Below are positions 25,901 to 32,000 of a stretch of 32,000 bases of DNA, piece by piece. The DNA comes from Geotalea uraniireducens Rf4. GTDB taxonomy: Bacteria > Desulfobacterota > Desulfuromonadia > Geobacterales > Geobacteraceae. The stretch is taken from positions 2,310,001 to 2,342,000 of the forward strand of contig NC_009483.1 in the NCBI RefSeq assembly GCF_000016745.1, written 5' to 3'. The translations under genes were made by a program, and so were the position numbers. Numbering within the stretch: the first letter of the stretch is position 1; each line of letters opens with the position of its first letter. The notes below the pieces were generated by a model, which saw only the letters and a list, made by a program, of their open reading frames with translations, was not told the DNA's origin and ran no database searches.

Positions 25901-26967
25901 ACACAGTCAATCCCTTCCGGTCGGCTGTCGCCCCAGAGTTCCCGGAGGCTTGCGACCTCTGTTGCGTCCCCCACCGGGGTGCCGGTGGCGTGACACTCGA
26001 TCAGGTCCACATCCTGCGGATTCCAGCCTGATCGGGCGTAAGCGGCACGCATTGCGCGGAGCTGCCCTTCGGAAAGGGGCGCAAGAAGACTTCCACCCAC
26101 GTCGTTGGCGAGGCCGATTCCCTTGATGATCCCGTAGATCCGGTCGCCATGGGCCAGGGCGTCTTCGGTTCGCTTGAGGAGGAATATCCCCGCTCCTTCG
26201 CCGACAACGAGGCCGTCTCCGGCAGCGTCGAACGGCGAGCAGATTCCCCGGCGCGAAAGGGCGCGAAGCTGGGAAAAACCCATCTGGGTATAGAGGGGAT
26301 CGGGGCGGGAGAGACCGCCGGTGAGCATGGCATCGGCCCGACCGGCAAGGAGTTCGTCGGCGGCGAGTTTTATGGCGTAAATCGAGGAAGCGCAGGCTGC
26401 GTCGAGGGTGCAGCCGCCGCCCCCGAGCCCGAGCGCATGGGCAAGAAGTCCGGCGGGGAGGCCGGCGACGTAACGGTTCATCGGATCGGTCGTTCCACGG
26501 TCGAGGGAACGGCCGAGCACATTTTCTTCGAAGGTTCGCCCCAGCCAGCGGCGGGCGAGGAGGGCTGATTTTTCGCTCGGCAGGGCCAGGTTGCCGATGA
26601 TCACGCCGACCCTGGAGCGGTCTAGCGGCTCCGTGATGCTGTCGTCGAAGGCGCGTTTCCCGGCATGGAGCAGGAGATGGAACAATGGATCGAGACCGGC
26701 GACAAACTCCTGATCGATGGCAAGCCCGGTCAGGACGGAGATGGGCGGTATCTCATCGATGAAACAGCCTCGCCGGGAATAAACCCCGTCCGCCGCACCT
26801 GCTTCGGGGTAAAAGGCTGCGTCGGCGGGCAAGAGCCATCTTCCGGCCGGAACCTCCCGGGCAGCGCTACGGACGTTGCGGATGTTGTCCCAGAAACGGC
26901 CCAAGTCAGGGGCGTCGGGAAAGATGCCGCCGATCCCGACAATTGCTACCGATGGTTTGTGCTGCAT
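19921..26967 (-). CDS. pfaC: PfaC-like PUFA/secondary-lipid synthase subunit with an embedded PfaB-type acyltransferase: KS-CLF-AT-(pseudoDH+FabA DH)x2
   Basis: The protein is 2348 aa. KS has TLDAACASS (Cys192), ECHATGT and SNIGH. The second KS-like domain lacks the Cys (TLSNEEGSG), so it is CLF. AT has GYSLGES (Ser1133). A P/Q/T-rich linker follows. Two FabA-type hot-dog domains carry DWFLTCHFVDDRVMPGTL and DEWFFKAHFYQDPVTPGSL, each preceded by a pseudo-DH (HPGSWYLDG and ADAWYFSAE). The start is 2 nt after the pfaA-like stop. Confidence 0.9.
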   Translation of the reverse strand: MQHKPSVAIVGIGGIFPDAPDLGRFWDNIRNVRSAAREVPAGRWLLPADAAFYPEAGAADGVYSRRGCFIDEIPPISVLTGLAIDQEFVAGLDPLFHLLLHAGKRAFDDSITEPLDRSRVGVIIGNLALPSEKSALLARRWLGRTFEENVLGRSLDRGTTDPMNRYVAGLPAGLLAHALGLGGGGCTLDAACASSIYAIKLAADELLAGRADAMLTGGLSRPDPLYTQMGFSQLRALSRRGICSPFDAAGDGLVVGEGAGIFLLKRTEDALAHGDRIYGIIKGIGLANDVGGSLLAPLSEGQLRAMRAAYARSGWNPQDVDLIECHATGTPVGDATEVASLRELWGDSRPEGIDCVIGSVKSNIGHLLTAAGAAALTKVLLAMNEGMLPPTANFTAPPAGMDLDNTPFRVLTTGIPWQRRGENIPRRAAVSAFGFGGINGHLLVEEWLPKASIRTSRAKTAKMPPQQTPIAVVGMDARFGPWQSLRSYQERVLGGDQSAEPTLPRKWWGAEKSAWFRNEGLDRTPFKGYYLDEFAVAAEQFRIPPREMEEMLPQQLLMLQTAAAAMADAGLDRDGNLRAGVFIGIALDLNTTNFSFRWSLAEQADAWQKELGLELSAEDLASWTAALRDAAGPPLTANRTMGALGSVVASRIAREFRVGGPSFTLSNEEGSGIRALETAVRLLHAREIDRALVGAVDLAGDLRAVLGHHARRPLSGSGRGIPFDEQADGSIIGEGATAVVLKRLEDAKRDGDRIYAVIKGIGAAGGEMLLPGDAAYRQALQRAYDDAGVGPETVGYIEAGGSGHPAEDRMEAKALAGFFGPANRHCAVAGVKGDIGHCGAASGLASFVRGCLALYQEIIPASRAVENPITELPADGPFYLPRTPRYWLRNRADGPRRAGVSVFGVDGTCSHVVLEGWDSVPRRAEPERIAPVGPGTEFLFTLTGENQAELARGLDLLRRQSDEAPNRDLASLALEWHTREDTESKKPLAIAMVARNREELAALIDQGAHLLANDGNGNDPHVHPALRDRLFYSSNPVGREGKIAFVFPGSGNHFSGMGMELSSRWPEVFRRRDADNLYLRSQFQPELFWNGAPPAEINDDHQAVIFGQVATGCAVSDIVRSFGVHPQTVIGYSLGESAGLFALGAWRARDEMLTRMRESTLFTHDLAGECRAARRAWGLGEGKEVEWSIGVVEAPAHTVRRALRSTSRVYLLIVNTPDECVIGGDAKGVKRLVAMLDCRFFPLHGVTTVHCEVAREVAEPYRDLHLFETTPPPGITFYSGAKGSSYAVNRKSAADSILAQAVDGIDFPAVIKAAYDDGVRHFLEMGPGGSCSRMISRILAGRPHLARSACYPGVDPTSALLRFLAQLVAERVPVDLDPLFAAAPVQILTTSEKTPRREPVRVVSGGKAFQPPQPPRRRVQPAAPATQQQVSGQQTTAPVYSVPPIVTPPTSPAPDAAPVRAIQLEQTMNTNRSAGSYLEPVIRDFAAAQEARLQAHDAYLRVADSISRSMADAVAFQLSLQEQLAAAGIIIEDGQTAVPQPIIPPPIQPKAVFDREMCLEFARGKVARMLGPAFSEADSFPTRVRLPDEPLMLVDRIVALEGDARSMTSGRVVTEHDIHPGSWYLDGGRIPTCIAVEAGQADLFLSGYLGIDFITKGMAVYRLLDAVVTFHRELPGPGETIHYDISIERFFRQGETYLFRFRFDATVNGAPLLTMRDGCAGFFTAAELDAGKGIVRPNIDLRPRTGNRPVDWQELVPMAQESYDAGRLDRLRAGDLAGCFGPHFAGINLTTPLTIPGGQMRLVHRVMELVPNGGRYGLGSIRAEADISPSDWFLTCHFVDDRVMPGTLMYECCLHTLRIFLLRMGWVAEADGAAWEPVPGVASQLSCRGQVLETTKIAAYEVSIRELGYRPEPYAIVDALMYADGRPIVEITNMSVRLSGTNREKLAGLWRGNVGAPLAAPMTGITVQDQGRGKQRPYTGVAAGKPALYTKEQILAYSNGKPSEGFGAPYRIFDSERKIARLPGPPFQFMDRVTAVRGEPWQMVAGAMAEAQYDVPADAWYFSAERQPRMPFAVLLEAALQPCGWLAAYVGSALTSPTDISFRNLGGTAVQHRPVTPECGTLTATATMKKVATSGGMIIQEYDFSVADRQGILYEGDTMFGFFSREALADQVGVRDAAPYQPTAEEIARGRSLPYPETAPFPEKKLRMIDRIELFVPDGGPKGLGYMRGIKEVNPDEWFFKAHFYQDPVTPGSLGLESFLQLVKFAAVERWGWREGNTLAAVALEHKHRWLYRGQVVPTNSLVTVSAWITAVDEKERILTADGFLAVDGKTIYQMNDFTVKHDATFEP
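19924..22305 (-). other. Tandem dehydratase/isomerase region, two pseudoDH + FabA-like pairs (approximate boundaries)
   Basis: Covers aa 1555-2348. The FabA active-site His contexts are CHF (about aa 1837) and AHF (about aa 2243). Confidence 0.75.
22933..23844 (-). other. Acyltransferase (PfaB-like) domain inside the pfaC-like protein (approximate boundaries)
   Basis: Covers aa 1042-1345, with FVFPGSGNHFSGMG and GYSLGESAG motifs. Confidence 0.75.
24220..25566 (-). other. Chain-length-factor-like (Cys-less KS) domain (approximate boundaries)
   Basis: Covers aa 468-916. It has a KS fold, but SNEEGS replaces DTACSS, so Cys aligns to Glu by eye. Confidence 0.7.
25630..26955 (-). other. Ketosynthase domain of the pfaC-like protein (approximate boundaries)
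   Basis: Covers aa 5-446. The catalytic Cys192 codon is at 26392-26394, and the His motifs are ECHATGT and KSNIGH. Confidence 0.8.
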
Positions 26968-26969
26968 AC

Positions 26970-29900
26970 TCAGGCGACCCCCAACCGGACACGTCCCGGC
27001 TGCGGCAGCTGGTTGCGCTGAAAGGCCTGTTTAAGGGATGGGTCGATGACGCACTCATAGTCTTCGAGACGGGCAACCAGTTTTCCCGTATGCCGATCGA
27101 GGAATTCCATGTCTGCTGTGGCGCTGTGCTCACGCTCGGTGGTGACTCGAATCACCACCTGTACCCCTTCGCGGGGGAATGATTCCTGGAACTGGCGGTA
27201 GCGACCGGCAAAGCAGGGGAGGGAACCGGCGCCGAACCGTTCGAAGCTCCAGAGGATCATCAGCTGGAAAGCACTATCGATGACCAGCGGGTCGGTGAGC
27301 CATGCGCTCCGGAGCGGCTGCTTGATCCAGACGGCAGGAGCCGGCGCACCCTTGACCATGGCGGCGATTCCCTTTGCCGAGCAGCCGTCCACATGCTCGA
27401 TGCCGTGCAATTCCGGGCCGTGGAAGAGGCGTTCCCGGTCGTACAGTTCGCCGTTCCGCGGTTCATAGGGGGTGGATGGAATCTCGATGATCGAGCGGAT
27501 ACCTTCGGGGAGCCGTGTCGCCAGCACTATCCCGGCCCGTGCGTGGAGGACGGACCGCCCGTCCTTGCCAACGCTGGTAAGCTCCACCGGCACCAGGTAG
27601 GAGGAGTCCCGTTTCTCCGCGCGCCCGGCCAGGACGTGCAGGGTACAGGGGGTGTCCTGCTCGAAAACGACCCCTTTGCAGATGCGCAGGTCGTTGAAGC
27701 CGTGGAAGCGGAATCCCGGATTGCCGTGGAGAGCGCCATGGGCGAGCCATTCGGCGATCACCGCCATGGGGAGGACCGCCTTGCCGTCGAGAACGTGGGA
27801 ACGAAGGAACGGGTAGCCGTCAATGGTAAGGGTCAGGGCGAACGCCTCGGCAAGTGTCTGGGGCCGGGATGGCGAAGAGGCGGCTACCGTCGCACCTGTT
27901 GCACCGGCTATGGCTACTATCTCGATCGGCGCGCCTGCCGCGGCGATTTCATTGACGAGGAACTCGCCGCCTGCTGCGAGGCCGATCAGGCCGATCCCTT
28001 CGCCGGCGAATACCTTTTTCAGTGCCGGGGTGACCATGCCGCCGTCCCACGGCCCCCAGTTGATGCTGACCGCCCGGCATGCAGGGCGGCGCCGCGTTTC
28101 CGCCTGGGCAAGTTTGTTGAGAACCTCGTTAGCCACGGCATAATCAACCTGGCCGATGCGACCGAAGCGGCCGGTGGTGGAGGAGAAGAGGGCGAGGAAA
28201 CGAAGGTCGTCATCCCGGGTGGCGGCCAGCAGGGTGCGGAGTCCGGCCACCTTGGTGCTGTAAACCCGGGCAAACTGCTCCCGGGATTTGTCGGCGATCA
28301 GGCGGTCGGCAAGCACTCCGGCGCCATGGACGATGCCGCGGACAAGACCATGTTCGCGACGTATTTCCACGAGCAGGTTCCTTACTTCCCCCGCATCCCG
28401 GATATCGACGGAGCGGTAGACGGCTTTTCCTCCCGCCGCGGCAATCCGGTCAAGGGTGGCGCGGAGTTCACGTCCGGCGATTACCTGCCGGTAGCGCTCT
28501 TCGATATCTCTGGGGTGGAGTTTTCCTCCCGCCTGCTCGATGATGGCCCGCTTGATCTGGGCCTCCTCGCCGAGAGACTGGAGCCATGCCGGTTCGGCTG
28601 CGGGTTCCGGGCTTCTGCCGAGGAGGACCAGAAGCGGACGGTATGCTTCGCTTAAGGCAACGGCTGTTGCGGCTGTGACGCCCCGGCCGCCACCCGTTAT
28701 TATCACCACGTCCCCCTCGCGGATGGGGGCGGAAACAGGAGCGGTTGCTGCGGGAAGCTCGGCAAGCTCCAGGGTGATGCGTCCGGTCGGCGTGAGTCCC
28801 ACTTCAACCGGTCCGGTGCGGAAGAGCTCTTCTGCAACAGCGCGGGCCATTGCGGTGGGTGCGGGGAATTCTCCCAGGTCGATGGCCTTGCAGGTCACCT
28901 CCGGCCACTCCCTGGCCGCTGTCTTGGTCAGGCCGGCGAGTCCGCCGGAGAGCGGGTCGCTTAGCGTTGTGTCGCCACCGCAGCCGAAAGCGCCATCGAG
29001 GCGTGAAACGGTAACGCAAACGGCGCCTCCTGATTCACCGGCCTGGCGCAGGGCCGGGGCAACGGTTTTCAGGAGAAGGAAGGCATTTTCGAGGAAAAGG
29101 TCGGTAGTGCCGTTGACCGGTGCGGAGATGACGAGTCCCGATATTTTACCGGAAGGTACCATGTCCCGGGATTCAAAGCCGGTTATCCTGCGGACGGTGA
29201 GACCGCGGCCATGGAGGATGGTGCAGAGTTCGGTCGTGAAAGTGGAACCGTCGTCGGTTACCCAGAATTCACCGCCACTGGTGAGCGCAATTTGACCCGA
29301 ATCGGCGCTGTCGTTGAGCAGAACCGGCACGATCGTACTCCGGCCGATGGCAGATGGGGCGGAGGTTGATGCCGGTTGCGCTGTAACCGCCGGTGCGGCC
29401 TCCGCTTTGGGCTCAGCCGTGGCTGGAGCGCCGGCCAGGTAATGGGCAATCTCCCCCAGGGTCCTGAGCGTGCCCAGGTGCTCGGGGCCGATAACCGGGG
29501 CTCCGGGAAGCCTTTCCTGGATGGTGGAGAGGATCTCGACCCTTTTTATGGAGTCGATGCCCAGGTCGGAATCCATCCCCATCTCCATCTCCAGCATCTC
29601 GACGGGATAGCCGGTCTTCTCGCTCACCACGGCAAGGAGTGTTTCTGCAACATTGTCGTTTGAAGATGCGGCCACTGCCATAATGGCTGTTGCCGGTGGA
29701 GTGGCTGCCGACGTGCCCATCCCTGCGCCGAGATGGGCAGCGATCTCGCCGAGGGTACGAAGCGTTCCCAGATGCTCGGGGCCGATGACCGGTGCGCCGG
29801 GGAGCCGTTCCTGGATGGTGGAGAGGATCTCGACCCTTTTTATGGAGTCGATGCCCAGGTCGGAATCCATCCCCATCTCCATCTCCAGCATCTCGACGGG

Positions 29901-32000
29901 ATAGCCGGTCTTCTCGCTCACGACCGCCAGGAGTGTTTCCGCTACGTTCTTGCCGGCCGATATCACCGCTGCCGGAACAACTATCGCCGGGGCCACGGCT
30001 GTCGACGGGCTCATCCCTGCGCCGAGATGGGCTGCGATCTCGCCAAGGGTCCTGAGCGTCCCCAGATGTTCCGGTCCGATGACCGGTGCGCCGGAGAGCC
30101 GTTCCTGGATAGCGGAGAGGATCTCGACCCTCTTGATGGAGTCGATGCCCAGGTCGGAATCCATCCCCATCTCCATCTCCAGCATCTCGACGGGATATCC
30201 GGTTTTCTCGCTCACCACGGCAAGGAGGGTTTCCGCAACGATGTTGCCGGCAGGCGCTGCGAGAGCTTTTGTACTGGCAGCCACCGGGGCGACTGTTGCA
30301 GCCGTGTCCATGCCTGCTCCGAGGTGTGCTGCGATCTCGCCGAGAGTCCGCAGCGTCCCCAGATGCTCGGGACCGATGACGGGTGCGCCGGGGAGCCGTT
30401 CCTGGATTGCGGAGAGGATCTCGACCCGCTTGATGGAGTCTATGCCCAGGTCGGAATCCATCCCCATCTCCATCTCCAGCATCTCGACGGGATATCCGGT
30501 TTTCTCGCTCACCACGGCAAGGAGCGTCCGGGCGATCCGGTCGCCGGCGCCGCTTGTCGCTGCCGGTGCTGCCGGTGCTGCCGGTACTGCGGGTGCTGAT
30601 AACGCTGCGGAAACGGTCGTGACGATGGGGGCCGGGCCGGCCGGGACAATCGCAGGCTGAATCGGGGGTACCGCAGCAATCGTAGCAGCCGGTGCCGGAG
30701 CGACCGCGGAGAAGGGAATCGGTCCGTTTCCTCCCTGGATGAGACGCTGCTGCTGTTCCAGAAGGGTCTGGAACGTCCGCCCTGCCGTTTCCTGCCCTTC
30801 GAGGAAGCGGCGATGGAGCTGGGCGGTCTCTTCCTGCATCTTTTGCAGCACTGCCATGCTTTCTCTGGTTATCCGGAGCGACTCGGCGAGCGCCTCATGG
30901 GATACCGGCCGGGGTACGGCGGGATATCCGGTTGCCGCTTGATTCGGATTGCCGGGAGGAGCTGCGACGGGCGTCACAGGAGTGGCTGTGTGAGGCACGG
31001 CCGCGGCTGGCCGGACGGGGGCGACAGGGGGTCGCTTGGGCTTCGGCTTCACATAGTTGGCCCCGCAGATCGGCACGGTCATGGCCGGCTTCCTGCCGGT
31101 ATTCGCCGGAGCCTGATACCCTTCATCCCAAGCGGAAAGACGCACTCCGTAACCGAGTACCGTCAGCTGGGCAAGGGTTCGGGCCAGGTCGGCGATGCCG
31201 GAACGTTTACCTGCGGAGGCATCGACGGCAACTGCAACGTGCTCCCGGTCCCCGAGGATCGCCTTGACGAGGCCGGTAAGGCGTGCTCCCGGCCCGACTT
31301 CGATGAAGGTGCGAACCCCATCTGCATGCATCGCATCTATCTCTGCGACGAACTCCACCGGTTTGGCCAACTGGTTGGCGAGGAGCGCCTTTGCCAGGGC
31401 CGTGTCGACCGGATATGCGGCGGCAGTGGTGTTTGCGTAAACGGGGACCTGCGCCCCCTTCAACTCTATATTTGCAAGTGCCGAGAGGAATGGCGCAGCA
31501 GCGTCGGCAACGAGGGGGCTGTGAAAGGCTGCCGCTACCGGAAGCTTTTTGCAGGGGAGGTTGCGGGAGGTAAAGACAGCGGCAGCCCGCTCGATCTCAG
31601 CGCTGCTACCGGACAGAACCGCCTGGGCCGGGGCATTGCGGTTGGCAACAACCAGGTCGAGTTTCTCCTCGGCGATTACCTGTTCAACGGTTGCCAGCGA
31701 GGTGGAAACAGCCAGCATGCTCCCCTTGTCACCTTTCCCCTCGCCCATGAGGCGGCCGCGCAGGCGCGAGAGTTCATGGAGCGCCGCTTCATCGAACCTT
31801 CCGGAGGCGCAGAGGGCGGTCAGCTCGCCGTAACTGTGGCCGGCCACGGCTTCCGGGGCCACGCCGAACGATTTCAGTATCTTCATGGCGCCTAGGCTCG
31901 TCGCGCCTATGGCCGGTTGGGCTGCTTCGGTGGCGCGCAGGGCTGCTTCCTGCTTTTCCCTGGTCTGGACATCGAATGCGGAAACAGGGTAGATGCGGTC
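26970..32000 (-). CDS. pfaA: PfaA-like PUFA/secondary-lipid synthase subunit, N-terminally truncated by the window edge: (KS off-window)-AT-ACPx4-KR-DH
   Basis: The minus-strand frame stays open from 31886 to nt 32000, reading ...DRIYPVSAFDVQTREKQEAALRATEAAQPAIGATSLGA before the ORF-track Met. The gene therefore continues upstream. AT has GHSYGE. There are four ACPs with LGIDS. The KR Rossmann motif is VVIITGGGRGVTAA. The PKS-type DH has LRSHVLDGKAVLP. Confidence 0.9.
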   Translation of the reverse strand, partial: DRIYPVSAFDVQTREKQEAALRATEAAQPAIGATSLGAMKILKSFGVAPEAVAGHSYGELTALCASGRFDEAALHELSRLRGRLMGEGKGDKGSMLAVSTSLATVEQVIAEEKLDLVVANRNAPAQAVLSGSSAEIERAAAVFTSRNLPCKKLPVAAAFHSPLVADAAAPFLSALANIELKGAQVPVYANTTAAAYPVDTALAKALLANQLAKPVEFVAEIDAMHADGVRTFIEVGPGARLTGLVKAILGDREHVAVAVDASAGKRSGIADLARTLAQLTVLGYGVRLSAWDEGYQAPANTGRKPAMTVPICGANYVKPKPKRPPVAPVRPAAAVPHTATPVTPVAAPPGNPNQAATGYPAVPRPVSHEALAESLRITRESMAVLQKMQEETAQLHRRFLEGQETAGRTFQTLLEQQQRLIQGGNGPIPFSAVAPAPAATIAAVPPIQPAIVPAGPAPIVTTVSAALSAPAVPAAPAAPAATSGAGDRIARTLLAVVSEKTGYPVEMLEMEMGMDSDLGIDSIKRVEILSAIQERLPGAPVIGPEHLGTLRTLGEIAAHLGAGMDTAATVAPVAASTKALAAPAGNIVAETLLAVVSEKTGYPVEMLEMEMGMDSDLGIDSIKRVEILSAIQERLSGAPVIGPEHLGTLRTLGEIAAHLGAGMSPSTAVAPAIVVPAAVISAGKNVAETLLAVVSEKTGYPVEMLEMEMGMDSDLGIDSIKRVEILSTIQERLPGAPVIGPEHLGTLRTLGEIAAHLGAGMGTSAATPPATAIMAVAASSNDNVAETLLAVVSEKTGYPVEMLEMEMGMDSDLGIDSIKRVEILSTIQERLPGAPVIGPEHLGTLRTLGEIAHYLAGAPATAEPKAEAAPAVTAQPASTSAPSAIGRSTIVPVLLNDSADSGQIALTSGGEFWVTDDGSTFTTELCTILHGRGLTVRRITGFESRDMVPSGKISGLVISAPVNGTTDLFLENAFLLLKTVAPALRQAGESGGAVCVTVSRLDGAFGCGGDTTLSDPLSGGLAGLTKTAAREWPEVTCKAIDLGEFPAPTAMARAVAEELFRTGPVEVGLTPTGRITLELAELPAATAPVSAPIREGDVVIITGGGRGVTAATAVALSEAYRPLLVLLGRSPEPAAEPAWLQSLGEEAQIKRAIIEQAGGKLHPRDIEERYRQVIAGRELRATLDRIAAAGGKAVYRSVDIRDAGEVRNLLVEIRREHGLVRGIVHGAGVLADRLIADKSREQFARVYSTKVAGLRTLLAATRDDDLRFLALFSSTTGRFGRIGQVDYAVANEVLNKLAQAETRRRPACRAVSINWGPWDGGMVTPALKKVFAGEGIGLIGLAAGGEFLVNEIAAAGAPIEIVAIAGATGATVAASSPSRPQTLAEAFALTLTIDGYPFLRSHVLDGKAVLPMAVIAEWLAHGALHGNPGFRFHGFNDLRICKGVVFEQDTPCTLHVLAGRAEKRDSSYLVPVELTSVGKDGRSVLHARAGIVLATRLPEGIRSIIEIPSTPYEPRNGELYDRERLFHGPELHGIEHVDGCSAKGIAAMVKGAPAPAVWIKQPLRSAWLTDPLVIDSAFQLMILWSFERFGAGSLPCFAGRYRQFQESFPREGVQVVIRVTTEREHSATADMEFLDRHTGKLVARLEDYECVIDPSLKQAFQRNQLPQPGRVRLGVA
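27012..27854 (-). other. PKS-type dehydratase (double hot-dog) domain of the pfaA-like protein (approximate boundaries)
   Basis: Covers aa about 1345-1625. The HxxxGxxxxP motif is H-VLD-G-KAVL-P, with DSAFQ later. Confidence 0.65.
28017..28724 (-). other. Ketoreductase catalytic domain of the pfaA-like protein (approximate boundaries)
   Basis: Covers aa about 1055-1290. GGGRGVTAA is the NADPH-binding motif, with SSTTGRFGRIGQVDYAVAN downstream. Confidence 0.7.
29433..30545 (-). repeat. Four tandem, near-identical ACP-domain coding repeats (periods 297/294/294 bp)
   Basis: The unit AETLLAVVSEKTGYPVEMLEMEMGMDSDLGIDSIKRVEILS(A/T)IQERL(P/S)GAPVIGPEHLGTLRTLGEIA occurs 4 times. The phosphopantetheine Ser residues are at aa 484, 583, 681 and 779. 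The anchor CATCTCCATCTCCAGCATCTCGACGGG on the + strand starts at 29580, 29874, 30168 and 30465. Confidence 0.9.
31137..32000 (-). other. Acyltransferase domain of the pfaA-like protein (partial, approximate boundaries)
   Basis: AQPAIGATSLG, GHSYGELTAL and AAFHSPL motifs are present. Confidence 0.75.

Noticed and set aside
29433-30545. A regularly spaced ~294-bp direct repeat array that could superficially suggest a CRISPR or satellite array.
   Set aside because: The period is a multiple of 3, and the repeats are in frame within a long ORF and encode ACP domains with the LGIDS phosphopantetheine site. The spacers are Ala/Pro linkers. It is not a CRISPR array.

Overview
The window looks like a GC-rich Desulfuromonadales (Geobacter-like) chromosome segment with three blocks. 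All family calls come from motif reading by eye, with no searches run.

(1) 1-7.8 kb, + strand: a tightly packed envelope operon. It encodes a 5'-truncated TolB-N/LpoB/CsgG-fold protein, a SurA/PpiD-like parvulin chaperone, a 26-haem and a 16-haem c-type cytochrome, a six-bladed NHL beta-propeller, a Sel1-repeat protein and a small lipoprotein. It ends in an intrinsic terminator followed by a ~130-bp REP-like palindrome.

(2) 8-14 kb: a compositionally mosaic stretch. It holds a REC-histidine-kinase hybrid whose phospho-acceptor His is Asn, a beta-carbonic anhydrase, an RHH/MazF toxin-antitoxin pair, a monocistronic OmcS-family hexahaem (nanowire-type) cytochrome, and an AT-rich gene for a two-TM, coiled-coil NERD-nuclease protein.

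(3) 14-32 kb, - strand: one long lipid/hydrocarbon gene string. In transcription order it is pfaA-like (partial: AT-4xACP-KR-DH), pfaC-like (KS-CLF-AT-2x[pseudoDH+FabA DH]), a structured 320-bp spacer, oleA, oleB, oleC, oleD and an Sfp-type PPTase.

The most interesting signal is block 1 together with the nearby OmcS homologue. A periplasmic prolyl-isomerase chaperone, a channel-family lipoprotein fold, a beta-propeller and a Sel1 scaffold sit around giant multihaem cytochromes, with no porin. This looks like a dedicated cytochrome-nanowire folding, secretion and assembly machine. No rRNA, tRNA, CRISPR array, transposase or integrase was recognised.
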